A stretch of DNA of 64,000 nucleotides, from positions 32,001-96,000 of the forward strand of contig CAWGMK010000002.1 of the NCBI GenBank assembly GCA_963823655.1. The letters are read 5' to 3'. The notes under the pieces are model-generated. The model saw only the letters and a program-made list of their open reading frames with translations. It made no database searches and was not told the DNA's origin. This document shows positions 31,791 through 44,000 of the stretch, in pieces (the stretch's first letter is position 1; every line of letters begins with the position of its first letter). This DNA comes from an uncultured Bacillota bacterium. Its GTDB lineage: Bacteria; Bacillota; DTU025; MWDF01. The position numbers and the translations under genes were made by a program.

Positions 31791-32708
31791 GTTGCTCCTC
31801 TTTCAGATTAGTCCTACCGAGCATTGTGTAGGCACAAGTAAGCTCGTCAAGCTTTCTTCTTTAGCCAACAAAACCAATATCACAACCAGATAGCCAGAAG
31901 AGGAACACGGAACAGATGAACTGTAGCCCACCATCCTATCAGCTGAATTCTCAAAATTAGGCGCAAGCTTAGCTTAACCTTCTGCAACCTACCCAAGAAA
32001 CTCAAAGAGCAACATGACACCAAGGAGCGCCGTCGCCCCTATTTTGCTTTGCCCTCAATGCGCTGGCTGATTGCGGTACAAGAAAGTTATTCGCCGTCCC
32101 GGTCTTCGCGCCGTTTCGGTTTACTTCCCGCTATTGTAGCTATACTGCCCACAGGACGCTGCCTTGCATGGTAGCTTGGCATTTCGCATTATTCGATATC
32201 TGCACGCAGTCAAAATAAGATGTCGAGCCCAGGGAACAATCATTAGGCTTAACAAGTTGGATATTTCGCCAACTTCTCTTGCTGCTGCCTTACATTCATC
32301 CACAGCTGTTAATATGCACCGATATTGATGACTATCATTTATATGTACATATTTTGTAATATATATTGCCATATCTAGTAGGAAATTCGCATATGCGTAA
32401 TACCTGTTGTTTATTAAATGATATGGTTCGGATAGCTACTAGGATCAGTTCGATGATTTATCTTAAGCGGGCGAAAGAATAATCAATGCAGCATAATGCC
32501 CATTATAGTTAATAGCGCCTGCTATATACCGAGGGGCAACATAACAAAATAATGGCAGAATGAAGTGCTGCAGAGACTTAAAAAGCCATTACGCTCAACA
32601 GGAGAAAACAGGGATACTGGAAATAGAAATGCGGGAATTTATATTATTGAATTAATAAAAATATAAAATATAAGTAGTAAAAATATTATAATAGGAGTAC
32701 GATAAAAT

Positions 32709-32728
32709 TGTAGTAAAGGAGTACTACA
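32709..32728. promoter_or_regulatory. Palindromic operator TGTAGTA-N6-TACTACA upstream of Phd-like gene
   Basis: Perfect 7-bp inverted repeat 16 nt before the start codon. Confidence 0.5.
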
Positions 32729-32744
32729 GAAAGTTTGAGGAAAA

Positions 32745-32984
32745 GTGAAAATTGAACTGCGTTCTATAGTAACAGTCTCTGACATGAGGAAGAATTACAA
32801 AGCATGCAGAGAAAAGGCACAGATGATGGGCAAGGTATATATCTTCAAGAACAACAGGGCGGATGCAGTATTATCCTCGATTGACGATTACAGGAAGTTG
32901 GAGATAGTCCTCGATCACATTGAAGGCAAAAATGAGGAGCCATATCTGGTTGATGAGGAAATGAAGGCTGTTGAGTATAAATAG
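32745..32984 (+). CDS. Phd/YefM antitoxin-like protein (solo, copy 2)
   Basis: SIVTVSDMRKNY...GKVYIFKNNRADAVLSSIDDYRKL; paralog of 31539..31790. Confidence 0.75.
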   Translation: MKIELRSIVTVSDMRKNYKACREKAQMMGKVYIFKNNRADAVLSSIDDYRKLEIVLDHIEGKNEEPYLVDEEMKAVEYK

Positions 32985-33188
32985 AAGGACAAAGCTGTAA
33001 CGGCTGCAATCCGAACTAAATTGGAAGACACCTGGGCCTGGACAGAAGATCCCAATCACCAATAGGGGAAGACAGGCATAGCAAGGAGTCAAGGAAAAGC
33101 TCTTCAATGAGCTTGCGGCTTATAGGAGAGGCGATGCGATCAAGCGGCCTGAGATCCTTTTCTGCGAGTAAAGATTGGAGGTGCATTG

Positions 33189-33323
33189 ATGCATAAGAAA
33201 TCGCTACTGAGTTTCCTGATCGTAATGATAATGATTGCGGTGCTCACCGCAGGGTGTACAAATCCTTTCGCCAGGGAGAAATCGATAGAGTTTAAGATTA
33301 CGGTCCCTGACTTATCGAAGTAA
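33189..33323 (+). pseudogene. Truncated lipoprotein (signal peptide with lipobox LTAGC)
   Basis: GGAGGT RBS; MHKKSLLSFLIVMIMIAVLTAGC then stop after 44 aa; no long continuation in other frames. Confidence 0.45.
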
Positions 33324-33588
33324 CGGAGCAAGGCAGAAGAATCAAAGATACTTCCACGCAATGAAGAAACCTACAGTACAGCCCCATCGCAATCTGGGAT
33401 CCCAAAATCCCAGCCCTCCGGTTAGCCACCTGCAAAAAATTTCGACACTGCTCTCACAGACCAGAAGCAACAGGTAAAGAAGAGTGATGTTCTGGACATC
33501 AGAAAGAGCGTGACAGTTGCGCTCGGTCTATATACTTCTCGGAGAAATATTTCTGTAATAGAATAATTTATATATAGAATCAAAAACC

Positions 33589-35079
33589 GTGATGACTTGG
33601 ATTTCTAAGGGGGCCTCTTCAATGGCAATATCAGGTAACTTCGCAAGACTAATGCAGATAAAGAAAAACGCCCTGTTAAGCCTGGCGTTCATAGTGCTCC
33701 TTTCTCCGCTGGCTTTGGCCCAGGTGCCCTGGCAGACGACTTCAGCGCCTGCCGTAATGAAGGTCGCCGAGGACAGCAGCGAATGGACGACCGTTCAGGA
33801 AGCAAGGCAATACAAGCTGACGGACGATACCGAGGTAACGGAATCGCGCAAGACGACTACCAAAGTGGTCGACCACAAGGTTATGTTCGCGGAAGTTGAG
33901 ACACGCAAGCACGAAAAGGGGCCTTCCTTCTCTTCAGATACCAGGACAAATGAGAAGTTCTACCCTAATAGCAAGGTTGTGCTCCTAATAGAGAAAACCA
34001 CCATCGAGAAAATGTCCGCAGGAGTCAAGAAGAGCTTCGAGCACAGCGAGAACGGCAGCCTGCTGGCAACAAGCGCCACTTACTACTACTTCTCGCCGAA
34101 GATCGACGGTGTCATCACTGAAGACACAAGCATTTCCTACGAGAGCGGAAACCCGGCTCTTCTGACTGTCTATAAGTACTTCATGAATGGCACGGCCTTA
34201 ATTGAAAAGCACAAGTGGGACGCAAGTACCAATGCTTGGGGGATGGGCTTCGCAATTGAGACTATCGTACCCAAGGCAGCAGGCACAATAGTTCCCAAGG
34301 AAAGCTCAAACGGTTACGCCGTGGGCGGCTCTGTCAGCGTAGACGGGATTTTACCGACGGCTGTGAGGACAATCGTTGCGGAATCGAACAAAGGCGTAAA
34401 AGTAGAGGCTGAAACAGACGGGCTCGGGCGCTGGCTAATAAAAGAAGGATCGCTCGGCCTCGGCACTTGGCAGGTAAGCGCAATCATGCCGGACGGAAGC
34501 AAGGGGGAGCCTTCATTGCTCCATGTGCTGACCGATGAGAAAGCCTTCCTGGCGCCGATCATACAGAAGCTTCCTGAGCTCAGGTTCGCAGGCAATGACA
34601 TTTCCGTAGAAGGAAGCGGATTGGTTACAAAAGGCGGGCAGATCACGCCTACCGTCTGGTTCAGCAACGACCTGGACAGCGTATCCATCTATCCCAAAGC
34701 ATTCTCCGACAAGGAGTTCATCTGTGCCACGCCCAGCCATATATTGATGGGCAATACCATGGTTATGGTCAACAACGGCACAGAGCTCTCCAACGCGCTC
34801 AAGACAGACCTGTTCGGTTTCGAAATCATATTCCCCATAGTCACACAAGTAGGACAGGAGTTCACCGCAATGGTGAAGCTCACAGGCCTTACCGGCGAAT
34901 TCATGGATCATGAGTTCACCGCTGTAATAAGCATAACCGGGCCGATCAAATTCGCAGATTTCGCCGGCAATTCAATGGTCGTGTCATTGAAAGACGGCGT
35001 GGCCCTGGTGAAAATCGCGATAACCGGGCTCGGGGAAACGGGGATCTTCGGCAGATTGCAGACCATGCCCGTTTACTAA
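33589..35079 (+). CDS. Secreted hypothetical protein, beta-rich, probable Ig/IPT-like C-terminal domains
   Basis: Signal peptide ..SPLALA; 496-aa ORF; start codon uncertain. Confidence 0.6.
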   Translation: MMTWISKGASSMAISGNFARLMQIKKNALLSLAFIVLLSPLALAQVPWQTTSAPAVMKVAEDSSEWTTVQEARQYKLTDDTEVTESRKTTTKVVDHKVMFAEVETRKHEKGPSFSSDTRTNEKFYPNSKVVLLIEKTTIEKMSAGVKKSFEHSENGSLLATSATYYYFSPKIDGVITEDTSISYESGNPALLTVYKYFMNGTALIEKHKWDASTNAWGMGFAIETIVPKAAGTIVPKESSNGYAVGGSVSVDGILPTAVRTIVAESNKGVKVEAETDGLGRWLIKEGSLGLGTWQVSAIMPDGSKGEPSLLHVLTDEKAFLAPIIQKLPELRFAGNDISVEGSGLVTKGGQITPTVWFSNDLDSVSIYPKAFSDKEFICATPSHILMGNTMVMVNNGTELSNALKTDLFGFEIIFPIVTQVGQEFTAMVKLTGLTGEFMDHEFTAVISITGPIKFADFAGNSMVVSLKDGVALVKIAITGLGETGIFGRLQTMPVY

Positions 35080-35236
35080 AAGCTCAAGCGTAAACAACGC
35101 GCACGGCGTTTCCTGCAACATGCTTCCGATAAGTAATTCCCGCACAAGCGAGCCTGTTGCAAAAGGAAATGATCGGACTCAATACCGCCTAGAAGCGAAA
35201 GAACAAGTCGCAAATTGAAAATTGGGAGGAAAAAAA

Positions 35237-35698
35237 GTGAAAAGGACAACCATAATCGCAGGTCTCGTAATTCTGATAGCACTTATGTCGGCAACCGTGT
35301 CGATGGCAGCCACACCATTCCAGACAACGCTGAGTTTGAACAGCGGTTACTCATATACACTCGGTGAGCTGGAGCTCGAATTCAAGTCAAACAGTTGGGC
35401 CAGCGGTGTTGCGGTCGGTTACGGATGGACCAACCTGGAAATCAGCGCATTCGGCAGATACTATATTCCGCTAAACCCCGTCTCTTCGGATGTTAACTGG
35501 AACCTCTTCCTGACGGCCACACCTTCGCTGTTGATCAGGCCTGCACAGTCGCCGGGCATCGGCTTCGGCATAAAAGTAGGGCCTGGCATCGATCTAAGGT
35601 GGCGCCACCTGAGACTCGCCGTCGAAGGCGGTTACCGCTGGAGCACGATATACGGTCACGGCGGCTATGCCAAGGCTGGCATCGGTTACATATTCTAG
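35237..35698 (+). CDS. Small outer-membrane beta-barrel-like protein
   Basis: Signal peptide; alternating amphipathic strands; C-terminus AKAGIGYIF. Confidence 0.6.
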   Translation: MKRTTIIAGLVILIALMSATVSMAATPFQTTLSLNSGYSYTLGELELEFKSNSWASGVAVGYGWTNLEISAFGRYYIPLNPVSSDVNWNLFLTATPSLLIRPAQSPGIGFGIKVGPGIDLRWRHLRLAVEGGYRWSTIYGHGGYAKAGIGYIF

Positions 35699-35835
35699 AG
35701 CACGGCAGTACAAGTTCTAGCGCCCCTTCCGCGGCCCTTCAGGTAAATGGATCAATCAACATCTGAAGGGCCGGGGAAAGCGGCCAAAAGCAATCACAGT
35801 ATGGCCGATGCCATAAAGGAAAGGAAAGCAACCAC

Positions 35836-37055
35836 ATGAGAATTCCTAGAATTACCATAATGCTGGCGTTGATAGCTGCGATATTCATTACCTCCGCCTT
35901 CACGGGCATGGCTTCTGCGCCCAGCGTAAACAGCATAATAATCAACCCCAGCCAGCCATATCAGACATCGATCTGGACAGATAAGGAAAACTACAAGATC
36001 GGTGATAAGGTCGGCATTGGCTTCAGAGTGACCAAAGCCTCATATGTATACGTATTCTCGATCGACGCAAATGGAACGGTAAGGATGATATTCCCCAACA
36101 TCTACTCCAATGACAACAAGATGAAGGCGGACCAGACTTACGCCCTGCCTGACAACAACAAGTACAACCTTTCGATAGGCGGGCCCAACGGGACCGACCA
36201 GCTGGTACTGATATCGACTCCGAGCAAGATCAAGGACACGGACTGGCTCGTAAAGTCGCTAGACAGCAGCAACTTCGCACCCCAGATCAATATAAACATT
36301 ACGGCCGACGGCTTCATGATACAGCTGAAATCCGTAGCGATAAACCCTGCTTTCAAGAACAACTGGTCGAGCGCATATACCTCATACACAGTCGGCGGAG
36401 TAAGCACAATAGTCACTCCTCCCCCTGTGGTAATCCCCCCGATTTCACCGCCCTGGCAGAGCATGGGCAGGGTGAATTTCACCTCCAATCCCAGCGGGGC
36501 CAGGGTCTTCGTCAATGGCGTCGACCGCGGCGTAACCCCGATAAGCATCTCCAACCTCAACTACGGCGAGTATGAAGTCAACATAGTCCTGTCCGACTAC
36601 TACTCGTATACGACAAGGGTGACGATCAACAGCTCCAATACCCAGAGCGTGGATGCATTGCTGACCAGGATTTCGGGCTCCTCGCGGGGCAACTTGATAA
36701 GCCTTCTGGTCAACAAGCAGATAATACTCGGCTTCCCGGGCAACGGCCTGCAAACCGAGACGTTCTCTCTGGGATCAAAAGCCGGTTCGGTGACACTCAG
36801 GGCCAGTGCTGTATTCGGAATGATAACCAAGATAAGCGTAAGCGGCAGCGCCGGCAATGGTACTTACCAGTTCGGAAGCATAGCCAATGAGGGTGAGATG
36901 TCGTCTACAACGGCAAAGTGCTGGAGTTCGACATGCTTCCTTTCAAGGTAAGGGTTACTGTGCTCGACTATACGACCATAAGAGGCTCCCTGAGCGGAAC
37001 GATCTACCTGGATACAGTCAGGCTGCTTCTGGAAGTGCATTACGTAGGTCAGTAG
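35836..37055 (+). CDS. DUF4384 + PEGA domain secreted protein (copy 1); frameshift near 36900
   Basis: IWTDKENYKIGD..YVYVFSIDANGTVRMIFPN; FTSNPSGARVFVNG..G.TP PEGA motif. Confidence 0.8.
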
Positions 37056-37232
37056 ATTTTCAGCGCTGATTCCTGCCTATAAGTCTTTCGGGCAGGGGCC
37101 CGCAAAGCATTTAGCAGCCTTACAGGCAGGATCGGCTTAAAGAGATTATCGCGGCAGATAATGCCGATGATCCGAAAAGATCGGATTTTCGGAAACAATG
37201 CAGGGTCAAATGGCCCTGAGAAGGAGCAAAGA

Positions 37233-38102
37233 ATGAAAAATCTGAGAATTTTCATAGCGCTGTCACTGCTACTGCTGGTATTTGGAATGACCACCGGAGT
37301 AGGCGCGGCAACGGTTCCCAGCGTAAACAGCATCATCATCAACCCCAACCAGCCCTATCTGACCTCCATATGGACAGATAAGAGCGACTACTTCATAGGA
37401 GAATCGATAGGCATCGGCTTCAAGGTCAACAAGGACTCCTATGCGTACATATTCTCGATCGACGCTGACGGCGTAGTAAGGATGCTTTTCCCTAATATCT
37501 ACTCGAGCCAGAACTGGGTAAAGGCGAATGTATCCTACAGGCTGCCGGACAACAGCAGATACAGCCTTACCATTGGCGGACCCAAGGGCACCGACCAGCT
37601 CGTCCTGATTTCGACTCCCGAGAAGATACAGGATACGGATTGGTTGGCAAGGTCGCTCACCAATAACAACTTCGCGCCCCAGATCAACATAAACTTCGCA
37701 GCCGACGGCTTCATGGCGCAGATCAAGTCCGTCGTAATCACGCCTACATTCCAGAGCAACTGGTCGAGCGCGTACACGAAGTACACCATTGGCGGGGTTA
37801 ATTCTCTGATAGAGCCGCCTTCGGTAAGCTCGATAATCATCGTGGCGCCTCCGGTCGTAGTGCCGCCAGTAACCAATAACGGCAGCATATACATTACATC
37901 AAGCCCGTCAGGAGCCAAAGTGTTCCTTAACGGTTACGACATGGGCACGACTCCTTTGAGGGTCACAGACCTGAATTTCGGCCAGTACGAGGTCACGATC
38001 ATAATGTCCAGTTACTACTCGTTCACAAGCAGGGTCAATGTTAACAGCTCCAACTTGCAGTATGTGTACGGGTCGCTTTCAAGGATATCCGGCACATATT
38101 AA
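37233..38102 (+). CDS. DUF4384 + PEGA domain secreted protein (copy 2)
   Basis: Tandem paralog of the previous gene; ITSSPSGAKVFLNG..GTTP. Confidence 0.82.
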   Translation: MKNLRIFIALSLLLLVFGMTTGVGAATVPSVNSIIINPNQPYLTSIWTDKSDYFIGESIGIGFKVNKDSYAYIFSIDADGVVRMLFPNIYSSQNWVKANVSYRLPDNSRYSLTIGGPKGTDQLVLISTPEKIQDTDWLARSLTNNNFAPQININFAADGFMAQIKSVVITPTFQSNWSSAYTKYTIGGVNSLIEPPSVSSIIIVAPPVVVPPVTNNGSIYITSSPSGAKVFLNGYDMGTTPLRVTDLNFGQYEVTIIMSSYYSFTSRVNVNSSNLQYVYGSLSRISGTY

Positions 38103-38359
38103 CCGGATAACCAATTGCGGATCTAGCCGGCGAGCAAACGGCCAGCACTTAGAAGAGGGTGTTTGTCCGGGCGTAATACCGGCAAAATCCGCGCAAGGAG
38201 GCTCGCAAAAAAGCAATGGCCCTTGCAGGCCTCCTTATTAAAGCAAAGCGCATTGAGAATGGTCTTTTGCATGTATCTCAAGATGGGACATCCAGTGACG
38301 AGAAACGGCATTTCCTAAGGACGTCATGAGGTGTTTCGAATACTCATAGGAGGATAGAA

Positions 38360-40250
38360 ATGAAAAGGATCTTCGTATTCGCCTTGATGGCAATCTGCAT
38401 TGTCAGCCTGGCAGGATGCTTCGAAAGGCCCCCGACGGCACTTACCATATCGGGCGTGGTGACAGAAGCAGCTTCGAGTGCAGTCATTGCAGGTGTGACA
38501 GTCAATATATATGTAAATAGCGTCAAAGTGGACGAGACAGAAACGGGCCTGTCCGGGGTGTACAGCGTGGTACTAGCGGGCCTCGCCACTGGGGCAGAGA
38601 TCAGGCTCGATTTCATCAAGGCAGGCTATGTATCTGGCTCCGAGCAGTTCTCTAAGACATCCGCGACAAGCGTAGTGCTGGACGTCGAACTGGTGAAAGC
38701 CAGCTCAGACACATCAACCATGGGGGGCTACGCATCATTAATGAACCTGATTCCGCCGCCAGCCTCAGTAAGCAGCAAGAGCGCAAAGGTATACCCTTTG
38801 ACGAAGATATCTGTTCCTGCTGCAACCGAGGTCCTGATTAAGCCGATGGTCGGCATCAATGTCAGCGAAATCAACGATGCCCTTGCCAAAAAGGGCACAA
38901 GCATAAAACAACAGCGTATTTGAAGCCGGCTACCTGGTAGCGGCTGTGCCAGCCGGCAAGACCGCCGAGCAGTTTTCAGCAGAGCTTGAAGCAGAAGGCT
39001 GGATAGATTACGTCGAGCCGAACAGCTATGCTCGCGTAAGCAACTATCTATCCATTCCGAACGATCCCAGCTTCTCAACAAAACAATGGAATATGTACGC
39101 CACAAGCATGCCGCTAGTCTGGGATATGGATGACTTCAGTAGCCCGGTCACTATCGCAGTTATAGACACGGGCGTATGGGGAGATCATCCCGACTTGTCG
39201 GGCAGGGTCTCAGGATATATAGATACGGTAACGGATCCCTTGGCTCCGGACAATGTGGACGAGATGGGTCACGGCACCCACGTGGCAGGCGTAATCGCGG
39301 CCATAGTGAACAACGGCCAGTACATTGCCGGCATGAACCATACAGGGGCCAGCATACTTGCAGTTAAGTCGATGGGTGCAAACGGTCTTGGCACTGCCGA
39401 CTGGATCGCCCAGGGAATCAGGGCAGCTGCCGATGGCGGGGCCGACATAATCATAATGAGCCTCGGATGGTCTGACGGAATACCAGTGCAGACGGTCCAG
39501 GACGCAATCAGTTATGCCAGTACAAGAGTAGGGGCGATAATTGCCGCGGCAGGCAATGAGGGCGAAGGCCAGATAGACTTCCCCGCAAATCAGTCCGGCG
39601 TAATCTGCGTCGGCTCGATAGACAGCACCCTTGAAAAGTCAGACTTCTCCAATTACGGCTCCGAGATGGATTTCGCAGCTCCCGGAGGATCCGTATCCCC
39701 TGTTGAGCACATTTTCAGCACACATATAAGCTCCGTCGGCGGATATGTTGCAGGCCTGATAGGCACTTCCCAGTCCGCGCCTCATGTAGCCGCACTTATG
39801 GGAATGATGATGCAAAGCGGCCTGAGCGCTTCAACCGCCCTGGACAGGATTGGAGAAACAGCACAGTTCGATGACAGGAACAGCCTGTATTACGGAAACG
39901 GAATAATCAACGCTTACGCTGCGATGATGGACCTGACCATGGATAAAACGCTGTTCTGGCTGGCAGATCCTTCAACGGGCAACGCCGTGACGAGCGGATT
40001 CTACGGCGATATCGACCGCAGCTTCGAAGTAACTTGTGAACCCGGCAATTATTGGCTGGTAGGCTGGCTTGACGTGGATCAGAACGAGGCCTTGAACCAG
40101 GGAGATTACTCTGGCCTGGTTCCTGTAAGCGTCGGTGCGGGCAGCAATTTCCTGCCGGCCGTGCTTGAGATCAAGTGGATGCCAACTAATGCAATTGCCT
40201 CGACAACGTTGGGCAAAACAGTGCTCAGCGTGCCTTCGCAAGTTCACTGA
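38360..40250 (+). CDS. Subtilisin-like S8 serine protease lipoprotein; frameshift near 38920
   Basis: Lipobox SLAGC; catalytic AVIDTGV, GHGTHVAG, AAAGN, GTSQSAPHVA. Confidence 0.9.
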
Positions 40251-40265
40251 TGGGAGTGGTAAGCA

Positions 40266-40415
40266 ATGCTATGGACTATCGCAGTAATTCTAATCGCTCT
40301 ATGGCTTCTCGGAGTAGTCACTTCGTACACGATGGGGGGATTCATCCATATCCTCCTTGTGGTCGCGGTAATCGTCGTGCTTGTAAGGCTAATCCGGGGC
40401 AATAAGATATTGTAG
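40266..40415 (+). CDS. lmo0937 family (DUF5670) small membrane protein, absent from the ORF track
   Basis: MLWTIAVILIALWLLGVVTSYTMGGFIHILLVVAVIVVLVRLIRGNKIL. Confidence 0.88.
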   Translation: MLWTIAVILIALWLLGVVTSYTMGGFIHILLVVAVIVVLVRLIRGNKIL

Positions 40416-40554
40416 GCGGCCATAGGGGCAGATGATCCGGTGGGATGAAACAAAGTGACTTAGGCCGGTTCTTTGAAAAACGAATAAGGAAGAGATAAAA
40501 GATTGCTGATACAGCAATCGATGACTATCCAAAACTACACCATAGAAATGATTA

Positions 40555-41014
40555 CCCGTATTATGCCTGATTGAACAGGATATGAGGAATTGCGAGGCCC
40601 GGTACCTTAAGCCCGGAACAGACCAGCACAGCGCGGTCGGTGATCAAATGATCAGACCGAAAAGCGGGGTCTTCACCGGGCAACTGAGAAGATACAATAC
40701 TTCGAAAGTAAATTTCGTCCTCAGCAGGTTAAATCAGGTTTACGGGCGGGTGAAACATACAGAAGGCACAAGCCTAGGGGTATGCTTCTTTCCCGGAAAG
40801 GTAGAAGGTATGTTTCCAGCAATGTTGGGCGGCAGACGCAGCCCGAATGGCGGAGGTGCAAGCATACGGACTGGCGGCGGATCCAAACCAGAACAGGGTG
40901 ATGCCGCAGGAGAAACTTCCTGAAGCTTGAGGGCTGCTCGTCGCCGTTAACGATATCTGGCAATCCGAGCATGTTTGAAGAGCGATATTTCGGAGAAACG
41001 ATTTAGGTTACCCC
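40555..41014 (+). ncRNA. Candidate large structured RNA / 5' leader of unknown class
   Basis: Nested helices CCCGTA/TACGGG, CCTGATT/AATCAGG, TGAGGA/TCCTCA, GCCCGGT/ACCGGGC, GAAACATAC/GTATGTTTC, GCAGCCC/GGGCTGC; no convincing ORF. Confidence 0.45.
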
Positions 41015-41076
41015 GCTATGAAAGAAAAGCGAAAACTTAAAAGACGAAATAATGTGTGAGTTAGGAGATTGATAAC

Positions 41077-44000
41077 ATGAGAAGAACCAGAGTTTTAACC
41101 GCGATCCTGATCGCAGTGGTTATGCTGGCCTCAATGCTGGTTATGGCTTTGCCGGCGCTTGCATCTGAGATTGTCCTTAAGAAGAACACGATGCCGGACA
41201 ATGCGGCCCACTATGACATCGGGGACACAATCCATTACGAGATAATCGTACAGAACCCTGCGACCAATAACGCAACCAATACCGTCAATTCTTTGACGGA
41301 TACTCTCCCCGACGGGACGGTAGTGGTATTGGCGACCAACTTGGTACAAGCACCAGGTGCATCCAACACTTATCTCCTCGACTATGTCGTTAATGCCAAC
41401 GACATGATATTCGACGAGTTCGGGGTGGACAAATGGAGAGTAACCAACTCCGTTAGAGCAATCGGACAAGATAGCTTCTTCGACGCATTTAATGCTTATA
41501 CTGAGAAAAACTCAATAATTGATGTACTTCCTTCCATCGACATAGAGAAGTACGTCAATGGAGAGGATGCGGACAGCGTTACAGGGCCGATAGTGCAAGT
41601 AGGCTCAACGGTAACATTCCGCTATGTAGTTACAAACACAGGGAATGTAACCTTGCTCAACGTAGCGGTTACAGACAATGTTCTGGGGCCAATAGGGGCA
41701 GTCGTGCCTTCACTGGCGCCCGGGGCAAGCTTCGAGTATTCTGTGAATGCCACAGCGACTGCCGGGCAGTATCATAATACCGGCACAGTAGTCGGCACTC
41801 CTGATTTGGGAGACAACCCGATAACTACTGTGACCGATTCTGATGACGGCCATTACTTCGGGGCTTTGGTAAGCATAGACATAGAGAAGTTGGTATCCGT
41901 AGATGGAATCAACTGGCTCGATGCTGACTCGGCACCGGGGCCGGACGCCGCCGTGCCCGGTACAGTAAGGTTCAAGGTCATAGTAACGAACACAGGAAAC
42001 GTTGCTTTGACCGGCATAGTGGTCCATGACACAGACTTCGTTTTCACCGGTGTCGCTACTGGCCTTGCGGCCGGCGCCTCTGATGAGAGCGACGTATTGA
42101 CAGTCCCATCGGTAGTAGGACAGCACTACAACCTGGCCGACGTAATCGGCTATGCGGGTGCTGCATTCGATACAGATGAGGATGCCGCATATTATTGGGG
42201 CCTGGCGAGGCCTTCGATCGACATCGAGAAGCTGGTATCCGTTGATGGAATCAACTGGCTCGATGCAGACTCGGCACCGGGACCTGATGCAACCGTGCCC
42301 GGGACCGTGAGGTTCAAGGTCATCGTGACCAACACCGGCAACGTTCCGCTATCCGGAATTGTTGTCGATGACACCGACTTCATATTCTCAGGCGTCGCAG
42401 CCAACTTGGCAGTAGGTGCCTCTGACGAAAGCGACATCCTGTCAGTGCCTTCAGTAGTAGGGCAGCATTATAACCTCGCCGATGTAATAGGCTGGTATGA
42501 TGACAATGATGTCTCTGACGAAGACCCTGCATATTACTGGGGCGTGGCCAGGCCTTCGATCGACATCGAGAAGTTTGTCTCCGTTGACGGAGTCAACTGG
42601 CTTGATGCTGATACGGCACCTGGACCGGACGCACTAGTACCTGGTACCGTGAGGTTCAAGGTCATCGTGACCAACACCGGTAATATAACCCTGACCGATA
42701 TAGCGGTCCATGACACCGACTTCACCTTTACAGGCGTCGTTCCCACCCTGGCACCAGGTGCCTCAGATGAGAGCGACATCATTTCCCTACCTACAGTAGT
42801 GGGCCAGCATTACAACTTGGCTGACGTAGTGGGCTACTTCGACGATGCCCCGCCTGTTGTTGACAATGACCCCGCCCATTACTACGGCTTACCCGATCTG
42901 GACATCGACATCGAGAAGCTGGTTTCCGTGGACGGCGGCCAGACATGGCAGGACGCCGACACTGCGACCGGTCCTCATGTCTTATTACCTGCAACAGTGC
43001 AGTTCAAGGTAATTGTGACCAATAATGGCAACGTAACCTTGACAGGTATTGTTGTAACAGACAGCGACTTCACATTCACTGGTGTCGTACCCAGCCTGGC
43101 ACCGGGGGCCTCCGACGAAAGCGATGTTCTGTCAGTAGCCGCAGTATGTGGCCAGCATCAGAACTTGGCTAGCGTCATAGGCTATTATCTGGCAATGTCT
43201 GCCACTGACCAGGACTATGCCCATTACTTCGGCGACTGCCCGTCGCTTGACCTAGAAAAGCTGGTCAACGGCGTGGACGCTGATTCGCCAACGGGTCCTG
43301 ATAGTGCCAGTCGGCTCAGTCGTAACGTTTACCTATATCGTTACAAATACGGGTAACATTACGCTTACCAACATTGTCGTAACTGACAATCAGCTGGGCG
43401 TAATCGGGACTATACCTTCCCTGGCTCCTGGCGCCTCGGCAACGCTTACGGATACCGACATCGCGATTGCCGGGCAGTACAGGAACGATTCGAATGCCAC
43501 CGATGGCCATGTATCGGATGACGATCCGGGCCATTACTTCGGAGCGGCCCCTGCAATAGACCTTGAGAAGTACGTCAATGACGAGGATGCCGACTTACCG
43601 ACAGGGCCTATCGTCTGGGTGGGCGACACGGTGACATTCGACTTCACAGTCACCAACACAGGCAACATCCTCCTGACCAACGTAGTGGTCACCGACGATG
43701 TGTATCGGCTTATCGGGACTATCCCGGCGCTTGCTGTTGGAGAGTCACAGACATTGACTATAACAGCTATAGCGTTGGCAGGACAGCATACAAATATGGG
43801 TGCTGTTGACACAAACGAGGACGTTTCCGACACAGATCCTGGCAACTACTTCGCAAACAACCCCTGCGTAGACATCGAAAAGCTCATCAACGGGCAAGAC
43901 GCTGACTGCGCTCCTGGGGTAATAATCTGCGGAGACAGAGATTGCCTGCTCGTATACGAGTTCATAGTCACCAACTGCGGCAACGTGCCACTGACCAACA

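Noticed and set aside
38170-38240. c-di-GMP-I riboswitch-like GGCAAA...CGCAAA segment
   Set aside because: Lacks the P2 stem with GNRA loop and its receptor; alternative hairpins explain the sequence
41860-43230. Nucleotide repeats as CRISPR array or DGR template/variable repeats
   Set aside because: Repeats of about 340 nt are in-frame protein domains with mostly synonymous differences; no spacers, cas genes or reverse transcriptase
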